From Patescibacteria group bacterium (GTDB lineage: Bacteria > Patescibacteriota > Patescibacteriia > Buchananbacterales > UBA6539), in assembly GCA_028688055.1 (NCBI GenBank), contig JAQTYZ010000002.1, forward strand, positions 68,256-132,255: a DNA stretch of 64,000 bases, written 5' to 3'. The notes under the pieces are model-generated. The model was not told the origin of the DNA and ran no database searches. It saw only the letters and a program-made list of their open reading frames with translations. Position 1 is the stretch's first letter; every line of letters starts with the position of its first letter. Below, one piece after another: positions 59,864-64,000 of the stretch. Made by a program: the position numbers and the translations under genes.

Positions 59864-61317
59864 AGATTTTTTTTCAGGTAGTTTAAGGCCTCGGTCTTGT
59901 TCTTAAGTTTGCCATTTAATTGGGCTTCGCGGGCCAGCTTGAGTAGCCAGCCGATTTTTGGCCCGGATTTCAAGCCTAATTTTTTTATTAGGTCATTGCC
60001 GTCGACTAATGGTTCTTGGATAACCCTTTTGCCGGCAACAACTTTGCTCAAACTGTTAATTTGTTTTTTTAGCTTTCGATATTGAGTATAATCGGGTTTG
60101 CCGTTTAACCTAAGGGCCGAGGAAACATCGGCAAACATAACCATTAGTAATTCTTTGCCCGGAAAAAGGGTATTGTAGAAATATTTTTCAACGGTTGTAT
60201 TTTTCAGATCATTTCTTTTTAGACTGGACAAGATCATGTGCTTGGCAATGACCTGTTCGGTTCGGTCGATATCCACTCCGGCTGACGCGATTTTTAATTT
60301 TTCAGCCGTTCGGCGAAACAATTTGGCGGATGCAATATCATGACCGTGAAAATGTATCCGATCGGTCTTAATCATTGTTTGTGGTTTGGCGGCGTCGTGG
60401 AATAAAGCGCCCCAAAACACTGTGGGATTAGGCCTTTCATTTCCAAATTCTTTTTTAAAACGCTGATTGTTAAGATTATTTAAAACCAGCATATTATGCG
60501 TCCAGACGTCACCCTCACTGTGCCACTCTTGGGGCTGGGGGCATTTTTTCATTTTTAGTAATTCCGGTATGAGGATTTTTAACGCGCCACAATCGTCCAA
60601 TAATTCAACGGCTTTGACTGGCGCGGCGACTAGCGCTTTAGTTAATTCTTTGGCAATGACTTCATACGGGACAATTTGTTCCCCGTTGATTTTTTTTGTT
60701 AGGCCGTTGATTTTTTGTTTGATCACTGACCAAGTTTTTGGTTCAATGGCAAAATCGAGTTGGCAGGCAAAACGAATGGCGCGCAACATCCGTGAGTAAT
60801 CTTCTTGAAATCGGAGTTCCGGTTTCCCCACCGCGCGAATTTTTTTGGCTTTTAAATCCGCTAAGCCGTCGAACGGATCGATTAATTTATTTTGTTTAAT
60901 ATTCCAAGCCAGTGCATTAACGGTAAAATCGCGGCGACTTAAATCGTCTTCAATTTTAATTTTTTTATCACTGGTGATTTTAAAATCACGATAGCGTCCT
61001 GACCAATTCAATGAATGCTCGGTGCGCGGGAGCGCAATATCAAGATCGTTTCCCTGCCAACCCTTGGGCTTGAATTTCAGCACGCCGAATTTTTTTCCGA
61101 CCAAGCTAACCCGTCCGATTTTTTTTAATTTTTCTTCCAGCTTTTTGATGCTGACGTTTCTGACCACCAGATCAAAGTCGGCCGTCGGTCGCCCGATGAT
61201 AATGTCACGCACCGCCCCGCCCACTAAAAAAATTTCAGCCTCGCCGAGATTCCGGCTTAGCTGTTTAACAAAGGGCTGATTGCCCCAGGCGACTAAGGTT
61301 TGATGCCATTTTTCCAT
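59860..61317 (-). CDS. cca: CCA tRNA nucleotidyltransferase with HD domain
   Basis: VGGAVRD, DFD, DLSRRDFTVNA, RMLRAIRF, HD. Confidence 0.92.
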   Translation of the reverse strand: MEKWHQTLVAWGNQPFVKQLSRNLGEAEIFLVGGAVRDIIIGRPTADFDLVVRNVSIKKLEEKLKKIGRVSLVGKKFGVLKFKPKGWQGNDLDIALPRTEHSLNWSGRYRDFKITSDKKIKIEDDLSRRDFTVNALAWNIKQNKLIDPFDGLADLKAKKIRAVGKPELRFQEDYSRMLRAIRFACQLDFAIEPKTWSVIKQKINGLTKKINGEQIVPYEVIAKELTKALVAAPVKAVELLDDCGALKILIPELLKMKKCPQPQEWHSEGDVWTHNMLVLNNLNNQRFKKEFGNERPNPTVFWGALFHDAAKPQTMIKTDRIHFHGHDIASAKLFRRTAEKLKIASAGVDIDRTEQVIAKHMILSSLKRNDLKNTTVEKYFYNTLFPGKELLMVMFADVSSALRLNGKPDYTQYRKLKKQINSLSKVVAGKRVIQEPLVDGNDLIKKLGLKSGPKIGWLLKLAREAQLNGKLKNKTEALNYLKKNL

Positions 61318-61397
61318 ACTTTCATAGTACCATATTAAATTGACAGTCAAAAGATAAAAGGTTAACCTGTGGGCAGGAAAAAATGGAGGGCTCCGTC

Positions 61398-61562
61398 ATG
61401 AGTAGAAGTGCCGGTTGTAACCGCCGCGGTGAAAAAGGCGACAAGCGTCGTCCCTACCGTGTTGGTGGCAAGGGTAAGTCCGGAAAGGGTGGCCACAAAA
61501 GGAAAACGGCCGCTCAGGGTAAGGGCGGCCAGGTCGGGAAAAACCATGGCAAGCCAAGCTAA
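61398..61562 (+). CDS. 54-aa Gly/Lys/Arg-rich basic peptide
   Basis: Own translation; SD GGAGG; TTGACA-17-TAACCT promoter at ~61340; stop is followed by the SD of purN. Confidence 0.7.
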   Translation: MSRSAGCNRRGEKGDKRRPYRVGGKGKSGKGGHKRKTAAQGKGGQVGKNHGKPS

Positions 61563-61580
61563 CTTAGGAGGACGCTGACG

Positions 61581-62255
61581 ATGAATCGTCCGAAAAATCG
61601 CAAGCCAAGAATTTTGGTTTTGGCCAGCGGTGGTGGTTCTGGCTTTGAAAAGTTGGTGACCGAATCGCGTCTTCGCAACGGTGACTTGGACGCTGACATT
61701 GTCGGCGTCGCCTGCAATGTTCCCAAAGCCGGTGTATGCCAGCGCGCTGATCGTTTGCAAGTGTCGTTGGCCTTGCTGCCGTCGATTCCGTCAACGTCGG
61801 ATTACGAGGCGTTGGTTGAAGAATTCAAGCCGGATTTAGTGGCCTGCTCCGGTTACCTGCGTCTAATTTCAGGCATTGCGCCTGAGATGATGATCAACAT
61901 TCATCCGGCACTACTGCCTAGATTCGGCGGTCAAGGGATGCATGGCCATTACGCTCACGCGGCCGTTATCAACGCTGCCGCGGCTGATCCGAGCATTAAA
62001 CACTCGGGCGTGTCAATGCATTTTGTTGATGAGGCGTACGACCATGGTCAATTGTTCTGCCGGTTCTTGGTTGGAATTTTGGAGGGCGATGATGCCGACA
62101 GTCTCGGACTGCGCGTCAATCAGCGCGAGCATCTGATTCAGCCATTTCTGACCAATTTGGTGGCCCACGGTCACATTCGGCTGTCACCAACCGGACGAGT
62201 TATCGTGCCTAGCTGGTACAAGCTCACGCCGTTTTGTCCGATCGAATTGGTCTAA
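61581..62255 (+). CDS. purN: Phosphoribosylglycinamide formyltransferase-like protein
   Basis: VLASGGGS, INIHPALLPRFGGQGM, HFVDEAYDHG. Confidence 0.85.
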   Translation: MNRPKNRKPRILVLASGGGSGFEKLVTESRLRNGDLDADIVGVACNVPKAGVCQRADRLQVSLALLPSIPSTSDYEALVEEFKPDLVACSGYLRLISGIAPEMMINIHPALLPRFGGQGMHGHYAHAAVINAAAADPSIKHSGVSMHFVDEAYDHGQLFCRFLVGILEGDDADSLGLRVNQREHLIQPFLTNLVAHGHIRLSPTGRVIVPSWYKLTPFCPIELV

Positions 62256-62257
62256 CC

Positions 62258-62578
62258 ATGCAACGCGATCAGATGTTGCCACCACCAAATGTTACAGTCG
62301 GTGAAGTGTACTGGTATGACCGTCGGCTTACGGCTAGGACCACTCAGCGCGTCTTGGTTCATCTTGAGTTAATTGATGGCTATGGCGGTTACGGAGAAAT
62401 GATTTGCCCGGACGGCGAAACCATTTCCGGCGGAGTTTATCTGCCGAGTTTACTGCTCAACGTACCGGTCGAAGTCCAGGACTTAAAACGCTTTACCGTT
62501 CTCGCGGTTAAGCGTTTGTCTCAGCACCTTCAAGAGAAGTTTGCATTACGCGGTCAGAAGCTTGCGAAAGCGATTTGA
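62258..62578 (+). CDS. Hypothetical protein
   Basis: ATG 2 nt after the purN stop; same GC-rich style. Confidence 0.6.
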   Translation: MQRDQMLPPPNVTVGEVYWYDRRLTARTTQRVLVHLELIDGYGGYGEMICPDGETISGGVYLPSLLLNVPVEVQDLKRFTVLAVKRLSQHLQEKFALRGQKLAKAI

Positions 62579-62706
62579 ATGACTTTTCCAAAGCTGGAAA
62601 ATGTCATTCAAGCTAAAGGCGATGACCGCCTTTTTTTATTTAAAAAAACAAGCGCGGCGGAGATCCAACGCGCTTGGCGATTTTAGGAACAATTCTTGAG
62701 AATGAA

Positions 62707-63834
62707 TTAAAGAGCGGTGCCGACTGCTTCGGAAACGTGATGGAATCCGTCGCGCCGCAGTAAGAACGCGAGCCGCTTGAGCGCGCGCTTCACAAAATCC
62801 GGCCCTTCAAACGGCCAGGCGGTCAAGGCTTGAACCAGATCAGCACCGAGCGTGATTCGCTCGTACAGATCATCGCCCGAGGCAACGCCACCAACGCCAA
62901 TCAGCGGAATTTCGCCTTTCAGTTCTCGGCGTAGAAATACCAAGACTTCTTTGGCGCGCTCTTTCAACGGTTGGCCGCTAACGCCGCCGCGATCAGCTGG
63001 GATATCCCAACCGTCGCAGCCCTCACGGTTGGTGGTGGTGTTAGTAGCGATAATGAACGCTACTTTATGCTTGCGGCAGACGCTGACAATGTCAGCAATG
63101 GTTTCATCGGTTTCATTCGGCGACAGTTTGATGCCAAGTGGCCTTGGGGTAAACATATTTTTCGCCGCCGTCATGACATTAGCCTGCATGCAGGCTGACA
63201 ATAAGTTGTTGAAAGCATCTAGCTGTTGGAGCTGACGTAGGCCGACGGTGTTGGGCGATGAAACATTGATGGCGAGATAATCAGCCTCCTCCGCTAGCGT
63301 TTCAATGCTGTAGACGTAGTCTTGAGCTGCTTGAGTAATCGGCGTTTTAGCGCTCTTGCCCAAGCTGACGCCGACTACAGATCCTGAGCGGACCGGCGGG
63401 TTGGTGGCCATCGTCAGTGCCGCCTGGCCCGCGCCGGGATTATTGAAACCCATGGCGTTATAGATGGCACGATGCTTAAGTGACCGTAACATTCGTGGTC
63501 GGGGATTACCGGGTTGGTCAAGCATCGTGATGGTGCCGACTTCGGTAAAGCCCCAGCCGCAGAGCGGGACTCCACCCCAATAAACTTGGCAGTACTTGTC
63601 ATAGCCGGCGGCCAAGCCAAACGGATTGGTGAACTTTAATCCAAATACGGTGGTTTCGAAAATTGGATCCGCATGGACAAGGAATCGCTCGGCTAAAGCT
63701 GAAGCGATTCGACTGGATTGTAGTCTCTCCAGTTGTTTTAGCCCCCACAAGTGGGCGATTTCGGCATCATTGACGCTGGCGGCAAAAATCCGCGGTCGCA
63801 CTAAGCCCTTATAGATTCTTTCGATTATTGTCAT
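62707..63834 (-). CDS. pyrD: Quinone-dependent dihydroorotate dehydrogenase (class 2)
   Basis: NPFGLAAGYDK, QPGNPRPR, NVSSPNT, KLSP, GGVSG; SD GGAGG before 63834. Confidence 0.94.
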   Translation of the reverse strand: MTIIERIYKGLVRPRIFAASVNDAEIAHLWGLKQLERLQSSRIASALAERFLVHADPIFETTVFGLKFTNPFGLAAGYDKYCQVYWGGVPLCGWGFTEVGTITMLDQPGNPRPRMLRSLKHRAIYNAMGFNNPGAGQAALTMATNPPVRSGSVVGVSLGKSAKTPITQAAQDYVYSIETLAEEADYLAINVSSPNTVGLRQLQQLDAFNNLLSACMQANVMTAAKNMFTPRPLGIKLSPNETDETIADIVSVCRKHKVAFIIATNTTTNREGCDGWDIPADRGGVSGQPLKERAKEVLVFLRRELKGEIPLIGVGGVASGDDLYERITLGADLVQALTAWPFEGPDFVKRALKRLAFLLRRDGFHHVSEAVGTAL

Positions 63835-64000
63835 TTTGTTCGTTCCTCCGTTGTCAAATAACCGAGTCAATATTATCAAACTTAATTTGATGTGTAAATA
63901 AAGAAAAAAATAATAAATTGTTTTGCCCTTCAAGGAAGTGAAGGATTTTTTTTATTTTCGGAAAGAAGATTCTTGTTAGCTTAAAATCGGTTGACAAAAA

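Overview
AT-rich (Lys/Ile-biased) code-11 bacterial chromosome segment. Gene content points to a Patescibacteria/CPR (Parcubacteria/ABY1-like) genome: a VirB2/TrbC-like pilin array, a 23S-5S operon without an adjacent 16S gene, a truncated L1-stalk helix and sparse metabolism. This assignment is inference. The window holds at least 8 tandem pilin paralogs plus a ninth inverted copy, envelope genes, large secreted Cys-rich/PKD/lamin-tail proteins, ruvB, guaB/guaA, dusB, ahpC, an amino-sugar/nucleotidyltransferase cluster, rplS-gmk-rluD-cca, purN, pyrD, 7 intact tRNAs, 23S and 5S rRNA, and many palindromic REP-like repeats. Most striking observations: (1) downstream of tRNA-Ala, five co-oriented genes are each preceded by a conserved ~36-bp arm ending in the tRNA 3' core GTCCACCA, an integron-like single-gene cassette stack anchored on a tRNA, with no recombinase visible in the window; (2) two independent nested tRNA loci (Gly-GCC, Leu-TAG), where an intact tRNA bracketed by inverted repeats sits in the D-loop of a decayed, REP-interrupted tRNA of apparently the same isoacceptor; (3) an attenuator-like leader peptide/antiterminator/terminator upstream of the 23S-5S operon; (4) two unannotated, very basic mini-proteins, one histone H1-like and one H4-tail-like; (5) a perfect 30-bp promoter duplication bracketing a 3.5-kb surface-protein gene. 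All product calls are from visual motif recognition; no database searches were run.
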